64,000 nucleotides of DNA, taken from Obrimoposthia wandeli (Eukaryota). Below, in pieces: positions 1 to 9,900 of the stretch; the stretch's first letter is position 1; every line of letters starts with the position of its first letter. Made by a program: the position numbers and the translations under genes. The notes under the pieces were generated by a model, which was not told where the DNA came from, ran no database searches, and worked only from the letters and a program-made list of their open reading frames with translations. The stretch covers positions 62,001 to 126,000 of the forward strand of contig CDROCS010003966.1 of assembly GCA_977020255.1 (NCBI GenBank), read 5' to 3'.

Positions 1-63
1 AAAAGCCATTTGAAAATAAAATAAAATGAAATACTAAAATGATATATTTGTTTATACTTAAAA

Positions 64-440
64 TTATTTCTGTTGAAGTTTCAACCATAAAAGACTCAGA
101 GGTCCGCAGTTTTTAGTTAATGGATTCTGACATTTAACTCGATTATAGTAGACTGGAATGTTTTCTTTTTCAAGTGTAAACACCAACTTTGAAGGATAAT
201 AGAATCCAAAAGGATCAAACACTCGAATCTCGAATCTGTCAACGAATATTGCTATCCAATGTTCGCCTGGTAGATTTGAAGTATGAGTATTGATAATGTA
301 GCCTCCGGGTTTTAATGATGGAATTTTATTCAATGAATATACTCCATTAAATTTGTTATTCAATAATATTTTTCCGGATTTATAAATTTCTAAAGTACTA
401 ATTTAAATAAAGAATATAATATACAATAAGCTTACTTCAT
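64..440 (-). CDS. Adenain-like cysteine maturation protease, spliced (exon 440-436, intron 435-398, exon 397-64)
   Basis: Catalytic motifs GEHWIAI, FDPFG and CQNPLTKNCG. Removing the 38-nt GTAAGC..AATTAG intron gives MNTLEIYKSGKILLNNKFNGVY, a typical Polinton protease N-terminus. Confidence 0.9.
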
Positions 441-1657
441 ACAATCACAGTTTTATTTTTCGTAATCTGAATTTCGGAATCAAATATTCCGTAAATCAAA
501 ACACTTGTTGGAACAACCAAAGGAGAATTAAATCTAATTTCAAGTCTTAAATTACCAGTTTTAGGCACTTGAGTAGTGTTTATATCAAAATCTGGTGCTA
601 ATAGAAAAGTGAAAATCGAACTTCCTGATTTAAAATCAGAAAATCTGATACCATTATTCAAGTTTTTATCTAAAATATTCATATTTCGAATAATTGACTG
701 CATATATGCTAATGAAAAATTGTTATTATCTAGATTATAAGTTTCTCGATAATCTGTATTTCTAGTTAATGATATTGTTGAAACATTAAATGTATTGAAC
801 GTAGAAGATTTAACTTTGTATTCCTTACCACCCTGAGGTGTATCTTTGAAATCAATCAAAATGAACTTGGGTAAACGATAGTCTCCGAATATTTGATCTT
901 TATTAAGTTCCAAAGAACCCTGAGGAATTGAATATGTTACTAACTGAGTTTTTCTAATTGGGTAAACTGCATTCTGACTTTGCAAACCTAACTGATGTCC
1001 AATCATTACTGAAGAATCAACTTTTACTCTTCTAACATACAATCTAGCATCTAGAATTTGAATAATTGGTTTTGAAGTTTCTGAATAGAGCGAAAAATTA
1101 TGCTGATTTCTCATAAATCTCAAATGAACATTAATCCCTGGAATCAAATATTTTGGTTGATCAAAGAAATCTAATCTAATTGAATTACACAATGAAAATA
1201 TTTTAGATTCACTAATCCATTGTTTACGATTTTTTGCATCATCATCATACCCGGAACATTCAAGGTTAGTATACTTGGTATCACTACTAAAATTCAAAAG
1301 AGTATCGAATATAGCCTTATGAGTATACGTTCCATTTCCTCCTTCAACTTTTACATTATGAAGTGTTAGAATAACATCTCTAAACAAAGTTTGAAACATG
1401 TAATTCTCTGGAGTTACATCGTTATCTTTCATTAAATCAGTACCATCTTCATTTACAACTTTTAATTTAATATTTAACAAAGTATCATTCAAATCCAGAT
1501 AATCTTCTTCAGATGCATGAATATTAAATTCTATGTCATTTAAATTTCCACCAGTAATTGAATTGATTGGAAATATTTCTTCAAAACTTGAATTTTCAAT
1601 CACTACTTGAGGTAGTGGTCTATCGAAAATACACAATTCAGATTTTATACTAGTCAT
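437..1657 (-). CDS. Major capsid protein (Polinton double jelly-roll type)
   Basis: Intact ~406 aa ORF with SELCIF, YLDLNDTLL, FFDQPKYLIPGINVHLRF, AVYPI and GNLRLEIRF motifs typical of Polinton MCPs. Likely start is the ATG at 1657, overlapping the upstream stop. Confidence 0.9.
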   Translation of the reverse strand: MTSIKSELCIFDRPLPQVVIENSSFEEIFPINSITGGNLNDIEFNIHASEEDYLDLNDTLLNIKLKVVNEDGTDLMKDNDVTPENYMFQTLFRDVILTLHNVKVEGGNGTYTHKAIFDTLLNFSSDTKYTNLECSGYDDDAKNRKQWISESKIFSLCNSIRLDFFDQPKYLIPGINVHLRFMRNQHNFSLYSETSKPIIQILDARLYVRRVKVDSSVMIGHQLGLQSQNAVYPIRKTQLVTYSIPQGSLELNKDQIFGDYRLPKFILIDFKDTPQGGKEYKVKSSTFNTFNVSTISLTRNTDYRETYNLDNNNFSLAYMQSIIRNMNILDKNLNNGIRFSDFKSGSSIFTFLLAPDFDINTTQVPKTGNLRLEIRFNSPLVVPTSVLIYGIFDSEIQITKNKTVIV

Positions 1658-2055
1658 TTTTGGAAAATAGTACATTTAAGACGTTTGTTTATACTATTTA
1701 AATTATTTATTTTACGTTTAAGACCCTTTCCATTTTGTTCAACACAATTTGCAACTTTATTTAAACTCTCAACAGCATTATTTTTTAATTTTGGAATCAA
1801 AGTTTTGACTTCTTTGATTGTATTTTCTTTGAGAGATGAAATTAAGTTTTTTGGATTTGTTAACGCAGTTCCTACCGTTTCGCCAATTGCATTGGCTGCA
1901 TTTGTAGCTGCTGATAAACCAGCTTTTTTAATAAATGGAATAGCTAATCTAGAAATAGTTTGAAACCAACCAGATCCATATTGCTTACCAATGAAATAGG
2001 GAAGTTCACCGCCCTGTTGACTTTTGCTATAAAATTTTATAATTGATGTATTCAT
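1654..2055 (-). CDS. Small basic core-like protein (conserved Maverick QxGG..P.F.G..QxGxG family)
   Basis: FYSKSQQGGELPYFIGKQYGSGWF..LAIPFIKKAG motif, Lys/Arg-rich C-terminus, located directly upstream of the MCP. Confidence 0.75.
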   Translation of the reverse strand: MNTSIIKFYSKSQQGGELPYFIGKQYGSGWFQTISRLAIPFIKKAGLSAATNAANAIGETVGTALTNPKNLISSLKENTIKEVKTLIPKLKNNAVESLNKVANCVEQNGKGLKRKINNLNSINKRLKCTIFQK

Positions 2056-2083
2056 TTTTATATTTTAAATATATTTATATTGT

Positions 2084-3097
2084 TTATACTTTACGTAAAT
2101 GAAGAGTTAAACTAGTTTTTGCTCCATATGAAAATGGAATTAAATTACCAGAATCATCACGTATATTTACCTCGATTCTATTAATACTTGAATCTCTCAT
2201 TTTCAAGTACATTGGATTATCAATTTTAATATTTACTACATCTCCATATCGATATTTTAATGATTTTAACCAAATAGACTTTAACAGTGGAACATAATCA
2301 GATCCTACTAAGACAGAATCTGTTAAACTAGTATAAATATACATTTGATTATATGAGCTAGAAAGTGTTGGTTCTTGAAAACCTTTAATTCGTTTCTCAA
2401 AGAAAACATTATTTAAACCTAATAAAGATGCAAATTTTTCGTCAAATAAAACTGATTTTACATTTTTCTTTATTAAAATATCAAATAATCCGTTTGAATC
2501 TATATTACAGCTTTTAAAAATCGCATTACATTTACTGGCTATAATATTACATAATGAAGAACTATCTTGTATCAAATAATTTTGATTAAATTTTATTTCG
2601 TATTCATATTCAGCTAAAGAATAAATTGTAATTCTCATTTTAGCATGAATATTTTTATTTATGTCAACAATTTCATCACTTGTTATAACATGACTAGAAA
2701 TTTTTTGTATTTCATTAAAACCTATAATTTTTGATTCTTCTAAAGATTCGAATTTTAACAACATTCGATGAATACTGTTAATTGTACTTATTTCTAATTT
2801 TTGATCCTTTGTAATTTTGAAATTGAAAACATTATTTAAATTATTAAAAATTAATCCATTTAAAATTGCAAAAGATACATCGAAAGTTTTCATTTCTATC
2901 TTTTCCGTTTTATAAAGTATTTTCGAATTAGTTTGTATTGTTAAAGGAGTATAATTAAATACAAATTCAGTCAAGGCAACCTCCCATTCACCATCTAAAT
3001 TTAGAGAATTTTCCCAATCTACAGTAAATTGATTGGCTGTATTGCTAGGTTGAGTACTCGGACAACTATTACTAGGTAAAATAATATATTTTGACAT
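2084..3097 (-). CDS. Minor capsid (penton) protein with a central insertion
   Basis: N-terminal YIILPSN..N.F.V.....L.LDGEWEVALTE and C-terminal MYIYTSL..VLVG...VPLLK..PMY..IEVNIRDDSG.LIPF..T.LTLHLRK motifs. Confidence 0.85.
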   Translation of the reverse strand: MSKYIILPSNSCPSTQPSNTANQFTVDWENSLNLDGEWEVALTEFVFNYTPLTIQTNSKILYKTEKIEMKTFDVSFAILNGLIFNNLNNVFNFKITKDQKLEISTINSIHRMLLKFESLEESKIIGFNEIQKISSHVITSDEIVDINKNIHAKMRITIYSLAEYEYEIKFNQNYLIQDSSSLCNIIASKCNAIFKSCNIDSNGLFDILIKKNVKSVLFDEKFASLLGLNNVFFEKRIKGFQEPTLSSSYNQMYIYTSLTDSVLVGSDYVPLLKSIWLKSLKYRYGDVVNIKIDNPMYLKMRDSSINRIEVNIRDDSGNLIPFSYGAKTSLTLHLRKV

Positions 3098-4122
3098 TAT
3101 TCAATTTGAGAAGCGAATATCCAGGAAGGTTCAGAGTATCCGTGCCACTTTACGTAATATTGTTTATTCTTACCACGACCTTTAGTCTCTAAAATTTCTT
3201 GAATTCTAAATATTTCTGGTTTATCGATTACTTGCAATTCTTTTTCGTAAAATTTTCCTTTAATTATGTTATTGTCAATATCTTTTAAAACATACATTAT
3301 TGGACTTTGTTTATAATTAATATCATGAATTTGAAAAACCTCATCACTCCAATTTTGATTAAAATTTTTAATAAATGTACTAATACTTATTTTAGAAATT
3401 CGAACATAATCATCAATTTTACACTTGGCCTTACTCTTTTTGACTTTTGAATTTTGACTCAACAAAATATCAAATTCATTTTTCTTATTTATATCTACAG
3501 GTTTTAAATCATTTAATCCTCTATGTTTAGAATGATTATAAGCATAAATAATTTTCGGTAAAACTTCAATCCATTTCTTATTACCCTGTTTAGTAAAATA
3601 TTTTTTCATTCGATCTCTTAAAGTCCGATTAAATCTTTCAACAACAGCAGCTTTATATTGAGAATATACTGAATAATGATTGATATTTTTAGATTTGAAT
3701 AATTTCTTAACATGTGAATTAAAAAATTCTTTACCTTCATCAGTTTGGATATTTACGGGTACATCATCAACGATTAAAGATTCTATTGCATGTAATAAAT
3801 CAATACCTGATTTTGATTTAACACCAACTGCCCTTGCAAAACGACTAAATACATCAATACAAGTTAAAATATACTTGAATCCGTTATTTACTGAAGAATA
3901 AGGAATCATTTCCATTAAATCCATCTGCCATAACGAATTAATACCATTAGTTTTATATGATCTAGTAGGGAATTTACGTCTTAAAGGTTTATTCAGACTA
4001 TATGATAATTCATTTCTTAACCATTTTTGTGTGTTTGTTTTTGATTGTTTGACTCTTTTTGTCAATTTTTCTAACCCTGTATAACCGTCTGGATCTTCTG
4101 GATTGTTCCAAATCTTTTCCAT
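3097..4122 (-). CDS. Retroviral-type (RVE) integrase with C-terminal chromodomain
   Basis: DDE triad in WQMDL, IQTDEGKEF and VERFNRTL. C-terminal YYVKWHGYSEPSWI chromodomain motif. ORF intact. Confidence 0.95.
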   Translation of the reverse strand: MEKIWNNPEDPDGYTGLEKLTKRVKQSKTNTQKWLRNELSYSLNKPLRRKFPTRSYKTNGINSLWQMDLMEMIPYSSVNNGFKYILTCIDVFSRFARAVGVKSKSGIDLLHAIESLIVDDVPVNIQTDEGKEFFNSHVKKLFKSKNINHYSVYSQYKAAVVERFNRTLRDRMKKYFTKQGNKKWIEVLPKIIYAYNHSKHRGLNDLKPVDINKKNEFDILLSQNSKVKKSKAKCKIDDYVRISKISISTFIKNFNQNWSDEVFQIHDINYKQSPIMYVLKDIDNNIIKGKFYEKELQVIDKPEIFRIQEILETKGRGKNKQYYVKWHGYSEPSWIFASQIE

Positions 4123-4224
4123 TGCTGCATGAAGAATTAAAATTTATAAATATGTTAAACATCTTTGTATTGTTTATCCCCATTATTTTATTATTTGAAT
4201 TAAAAGTTAAATATATTTTAACGT

Positions 4225-4227
<3 letters not shown>

Positions 4228-4293
<66 letters not shown>
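4228..4293. repeat. (TA)33 microsatellite in a divergent intergenic region of element A
   Basis: Direct read of the TA dinucleotide run. Confidence 0.98.
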
Positions 4294-4297
<4 letters not shown>

Positions 4298-4515
4298 GAA
4301 AGAATGTAATTATTTAATATTATTATTATAATTTTCGTTATTAAGGCAACTATCATAATTAAATAGGCACAATTCAATTGTAGCAATTGAGATAATTATA
4401 TTATTATCAATAATTGAAATTACATAATAGGATATCTATTATAAATTGAAATGTTAAATTAAATATAATTTACTATTTTGTTATTTTCTTTAATCTAAAT
4501 AAATCAATACTCCAA

Positions 4516-4830
4516 ATGAATATGTGAGTTTATTATATATATATATATATATTTTAATTATGATTTAGATTTAGATTTAATTGCCAAATATGTCAAACAG
4601 GACCAATGAATAATAAATATTCAATGGATGCTCATATGCAAAGTAAGAAACATAAAAAGTATTTTTTTTTTCTTTTTAAAATTAATTTTAATATTGTTTT
4701 TAGACTAGCAACCGCGGTAATGATTCCTACATCAGCATCAACAACAATGGTTCCTGGTACATCGGGAGAATCTACTTCAACATTTAATGTAAGTTTCTTA
4801 TTAATGTTACTTTGTAAGACTCTTATATAA
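4516..4830 (+). CDS. Spliced minigene encoding a U1/matrin-type C2H2 zinc finger (~64 aa)
   Basis: Exons 4516-4523, 4569-4658, 4704-4788 and possibly 4819-4830. Introns GTGAGT..TTAG (45 nt) and GTATTT..TTAG (45 nt). Product MNIFRFNCQICQTGPMNNKYSMDAHMQSKKHKKLATAV.. The last intron/exon is uncertain. Confidence 0.65.
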
Positions 4831-4855
4831 TTTTATAATTTTTTTTTTTAAACTT

Positions 4856-5266
4856 CTAACTTCTTGAACTTATAAGACCAGCTATTACTGATGCTATAGC
4901 TGGCAGTATGGCCAATAGGAATCCTCCATTTTGATTGTAAATAATGTTTCTTTTATTAATTTTACCACGTGAATTTGCTAAATTTATTAATGAATTTTTA
5001 TATTTTAAAATATTAGGATCAGGTTTAATTTTACCATAAATTATTTTATTTAAAATTTTTATTAAATCATCAACTACATAAATTGGAAATGATTTCAACA
5101 TTTTCATTTTATTCGTTTTTAATACGTCAATTAAGGTTTTAAAATAAGGTAAACTTTTTGAAAATTCAATATTATTACGATCATATAATACAGTGTTTAT
5201 TAATTTTTTAACTTCATCTTTATCTGTCCTTTTACTATGTTTAAGAATACTCTTTTTAAAATTCAT
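4856..5266 (-). CDS. Adenovirus pX-like core precursor protein
   Basis: Basic protein ending QNGGFLLAILPAIASVIAGLI, resembling the adenovirus pX tail (xGG followed by a hydrophobic L(L/I)P.I..AI segment). Confidence 0.75.
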   Translation of the reverse strand: MNFKKSILKHSKRTDKDEVKKLINTVLYDRNNIEFSKSLPYFKTLIDVLKTNKMKMLKSFPIYVVDDLIKILNKIIYGKIKPDPNILKYKNSLINLANSRGKINKRNIIYNQNGGFLLAILPAIASVIAGLISSRS

Positions 5267-5286
5267 TTTATTTTAAAACTTTATTA

Positions 5287-5916
5287 TTATTTATTTTGTT
5301 TATAGACTGTAATACCATTACGGTTAAATATATCAGTAACAATTCTTAAATCATCAGGACATGATTGAGTAAAATTTAAAAATAAATAACCATAAGGTAA
5401 AGATGTAGCATCATGAAACACATCAATTAAATAACTCTTGTTATGAGGAAATGCTTGACGAGCAATAAAATCTATCACTGTTTGATCTCTAGGATTTTTG
5501 AATAAAATCAAATAATGTACATTAAGATTACGAGTACGATGATTTCCTCCTTGATGAAATAAATTTTGGGTTATAAAAATTACAGTAACTTCTCTATGTC
5601 TTGCAATTTTTGTAAATAAATCATTAAAATCAGATTCTTTGTTAGCCTCTTGATATAAGTCATCAATAACAATTACATCACCTTTTACGAGTCTTATCGT
5701 CCAATTTTCATCAAAACCTTTAATAATCTTAATGTTTTTTATTTTATTAAATTCTTGGTTTGTTAAACCAGCTTCTCCGTCACCACCTTGATGCCAATAT
5801 ATTTTATTAAATTTATTTTTAAACATTTTTGAATTTAATAATTTACAAACAAATAAAGTTTTTTCACTACCACTTGGTCCTACTACTTGAAAAGTCGAAT
5901 TGTTTGTTAATAACAT
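5287..5916 (-). CDS. A32/FtsK-like genome-packaging ATPase with a mutated Walker A motif
   Basis: VVGPSGSEKT (GKT changed to EKT), VIVIDDL, ARHREVTVIFITQNLF, NVHYLILFKNPRD and PYGYLFL motifs. Confidence 0.93.
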   Translation of the reverse strand: MLLTNNSTFQVVGPSGSEKTLFVCKLLNSKMFKNKFNKIYWHQGGDGEAGLTNQEFNKIKNIKIIKGFDENWTIRLVKGDVIVIDDLYQEANKESDFNDLFTKIARHREVTVIFITQNLFHQGGNHRTRNLNVHYLILFKNPRDQTVIDFIARQAFPHNKSYLIDVFHDATSLPYGYLFLNFTQSCPDDLRIVTDIFNRNGITVYKQNK

Positions 5917-5996
5917 TATATATGATTATTAATATAAAATATATCAGAATAAGTACATGTTTATAATAATAACAACAACATTTTATTAAATATTTA

Positions 5997-6383
5997 TTAA
6001 ACATCAAAATATTCGGTCGCAGTATGAATCTTCCAGATGAGAGTTGTTTCATTCTTTTTATTTATTTTATATCCGAGAATTTTTATTTCGAGCATCCAAC
6101 TTCTTCCATTTTCTTGAATATCCGAAATCTTTGTTCCGGAACAATCATAAAATTTGCATTTATCTCCGCGCATAAATATACCCTCATTCTCAAGTTCAAT
6201 GTCAATTTTCAAATATTTGACGACATCATTGAATTGTTGAATGTCTTTGTCGTCAAAATCAGAGACTCGGTAATTGTACGAAGTTTTCGATAATGTCACT
6301 GGCATAGTCATTGGATGAATCCATGCAGATGCCAAGAAGAACATATCATACTCGTAATACTTTTGAACGGCTTTATAAGACAT
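5997..6383 (-). CDS. Conserved hypothetical protein, candidate OB-fold ssDNA-binding protein
   Basis: Aligns by eye with 29317-29799 and 28769-29230 through PV.I...Y, F.D..G, W...I...GY and W.I..A. The fold assignment is inference. Confidence 0.6.
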   Translation of the reverse strand: MSYKAVQKYYEYDMFFLASAWIHPMTMPVTLSKTSYNYRVSDFDDKDIQQFNDVVKYLKIDIELENEGIFMRGDKCKFYDCSGTKISDIQENGRSWMLEIKILGYKINKKNETTLIWKIHTATEYFDV

Positions 6384-6425
6384 TTAAAATTGAATGATTT
6401 AATTAGAAATTGTTTCGTATTTATA

Positions 6426-6863
6426 TTATTTTTTTTTAATGTATGTCATTATATCGTTAACTTGATTTTGAAAATCTAAATTTCTAAGATCTAAAATTAC
6501 TACCTTTCCAGATGTGAAAATATTTACACACAATGGATTGAAAATATTTAATCTTAAGCCTGGGAAAACCTCAGGGTCAAATGAACATGTATTACGTAAT
6601 ACATTCTATAATTTAAATAGATTGATACTTTGATCTAAATTTTCACATACCGTAATTGATTGAATACCAAGTATATTTATTCTTAAAGGATAAGAAATAT
6701 TTTTAATAGGTACCTTACATCCCATGATCCTACATTTCTTATTTCTAAAAATAAGTATTGTATAATCTTTGGCTTTATAAACGTATTGTTCTGGTCGTGT
6801 TCGAAATTTTAATTTGGATACATAATCTAAGCAAATTCCTTTATAATTAATATTTGTTAACAT
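6426..6863 (-). pseudogene. TATA-box-binding-protein-like gene with one in-frame TAG (6606-6608)
   Basis: Reading through the TAG gives ..TILIFRNKKCRIMGCK..IQSITVCENLDQSINLFKL*NVLRNTCSFDPEVFPGLRLNIFNPLCVNIFTSGKVVIL.., matching the TBP repeat (EPExFPGL..LIFxSGKxV). The frame runs 146 codons. Confidence 0.82.
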
Positions 6864-6892
6864 TGTAAGTAAAATAATTAAATTATTGTATT

Positions 6893-6912
6893 TATATATA
6901 TATATATATATA
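6893..6912. repeat. (TA)10 tract between the divergent TBP-like and PolB starts
   Basis: Direct read. Confidence 0.95.
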
Positions 6913-6964
6913 TTTTATTCAGTATACAAATCAATCAATATCTCAAGTCCAATCAAATCAATCA

Positions 6965-9900
6965 ATGTCTCAATACCAATCATATCATCAGATGAGTATA
7001 TGTAAAACTTATTCAAATTATTGTTCATCGGAAACACATTTTAATCCTCAAGTCTGTCATGATATCATGAAAAATTATTATGGTTATTCATACAAAAGGA
7101 TAAATTATTTCATATGTCCACAATGTTTAAGCACTGAAAATGTTGATTACAACTTATTTTATAGTCGACATGTTAGTCATTTAAAAGAATATAAAAATGA
7201 TAGTAAGAAAACATTATTTAAAGTACCGGCTTTAAACAAAAGAACTGATATAATTAATGAACCATCAAGCATAGTAATTTCAGCTCCTACTCCGTCACGA
7301 AAACGTAAAATAAATGACAATATACAGACTAAAACATCGTTAGAAAATAGTTATTCAATGATATCCATGAAAGTAGATCATCTCAATCTTGTAAGTCTTA
7401 AGGTTCCAGTTTCATTATTAAACGAACTAGAAAAAGAAAAAAAAAAGAAACTAGCTAATGGGAAATGCAAAGATACAATACATCATTAGAATGAGGTTTG
7501 AAAAGAATGATGGAGAAACTAAAGAATGGTATGCTTCGCATCGAGCAATGATTTTTTCACATGCTATAATTTCAGAAATGGAAGATACAATGGAAAATAA
7601 AGTTGAAGAATATTCAGAAAAAGGTAGTGGTTGGAAATTGATGAATATACTTGAATATGCATTTATTGCTACTAAATATAGTCAAATTTGTGCATTGTCA
7701 GGTCATTCATATATTAAATCACCAAATTATCTTACAAAATCTAAAGCAGTCATAAATATTCAAAACTCTGATAATCTTTGCTTTATTTATGCAATATTAT
7801 CAATACTTAAATATAATGAAATAGAAATAAATAGAAATAGACCAAGTAACTATGAAAAATTTTTAAATGAGTTTGTATATAATACTGAAGACATGCCAAT
7901 GAAAATATCAAATATATCAAAATTTGAAAGGCAAAATCCTGGTATAATAATAAATATATTCATATTCAACGAGGTAAGTGAAAAAGAATCAAAAACTGAT
8001 GTTATCAAGAATCCTTATATCGATGTTGCATACAAATCAAAAATGAAGGAAGGAACTATAGTTAATTTATTGTTACTAGAATCCAAGGAACGGTTTCATT
8101 ATATAGGAATAAGATGTCTTAACCGACTATTAAATATTCGAACTGGAACGACTAGAATTAGCAAAATATGGTGTGAAAAGTGTTTACATGGTTTCAAAAC
8201 CGATTTGTCATTAGAAAAGCATAAAGTTTTATGTGACTATAATCAAGAAAGCACTACAATGTATACTATGCCTAAGAATAAGTACGTTAAATTCAACGAT
8301 TGGTCAAAAACTATATCACCGAAATATGTCGTTTACGCTGATTTTGAATCTGTATTAGTACCAGATGAGAGTTATCATCAAAAGCATATGCCTGTCGCAT
8401 CTGGTATGTTATTTATGAGTACAGATGAAATTGAAACCCAGTATCAACATAATGTTGGTGATGACTGCATAGTTAAATTTCTTCAGTCAATAGAGAACTT
8501 GGCTAAAGAAAAGGTTTTGCCATGGTATTTAGATGCTCTTAAAAACGTAATGATTCCCTTAACAAATGCAGAGATTCGTACATTTAGCAATGCCGATGAA
8601 TGTTATTTATGTCACGAATCATCTGAAAAATATGTTAAAGATCATGATCACTTTACTGGCAAGTATCTAGGTCCTGCATGCAATGAATGTAATTTATCAA
8701 GAAAACTTCGTCCAACTTTACCTATTGTGTTTCATAATCTCAGAGGTTATGATTTACATCATATTTTAAAACATGCATTGAATAAATTTACTGTCAGGGA
8801 TATAAATATTATACCACAATCAACGGAAAAGTTTCAAGCCATGATTGTAAGATTAGGTCAAATAACTCTGAGATTTATAGATTCTTTGCAATTTTTGCAA
8901 TCATCTTTGGAAAATTTAGCCAGTAAATTACCAACTATTCCATTAACAAGATCAGTTTTTCCATCTAAACTTATTGATGACAAAGGAATATGCCCATATG
9001 ATTTTGCTACATCAATAAATGTCCTCCAGAATAAGTTAAGTTTACCAGTAAAATGGAATGATAAAATCACAGACACTGAATATCAAAAAGCACAAGATGT
9101 TTGGAAAATAACCAATTGTAGAAATATGTTGGATTATATGTTAGTTTACTTAAAGACTGACGTATATTTATTAGCTGACGTGTTTCAAACATTCAGAAGA
9201 AAAGCTCTCAGTGAAGATGGTTTAGAACCACTTAACTTTTTTAGCATTCCTGGGTTGAGTTGGGCAAGTGCTCTAAAAATGTTAAAACATAAGGTTGAAC
9301 TGATGCAGGATCCTGAAATGTACAACATGATTTCTTCGGGTATACGAGGAGGAATGACATTTGTCAATAAGCATCATGTAGTCGCTGATGAAGAAACAAG
9401 TCTTTTATATATAGATGTTAATAATTTATATGGATGGGCTCTTGATCAGCCTTTACCAAAAGGAGATTTTGAATGGATTCTTGATGATATAAAATTAAAC
9501 GAAATATTGCATGAAATGAAAAATGTGAACATGGAACATATTGAATATGGTTATGTTATGAAAGTAGACTTGGTAATATCAGAAAACCTTCATGACTTTT
9601 TAGACGATCTTCCTATAGCTCCAGAAAAGATATATCCACCTGGTAAAAAAGTTGAAAAACTTTTAATGACGCATTCGCCAAAAAGTCATTATGTTATTCA
9701 TTGGAGACTATTGCAGATGTATGTTAGTTTAGGAGCAGTGATAACAATTATTCATCGAGCAGTAAAATTCTCTCAGGCTAAGATATTCGCAGAATATATA
9801 GAATATAATTCAGAAATGAGATCACAAGCAACGAATAAATGAGACAAAGATTTTTATAAACTTAAAAATGTTAGTTTGTATGGAAAGACCGTTGAAACTG

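Noticed and set aside
4059-4331. ORF with a (YI)n run
   Set aside because: Artefact of translating the (TA)n microsatellite.
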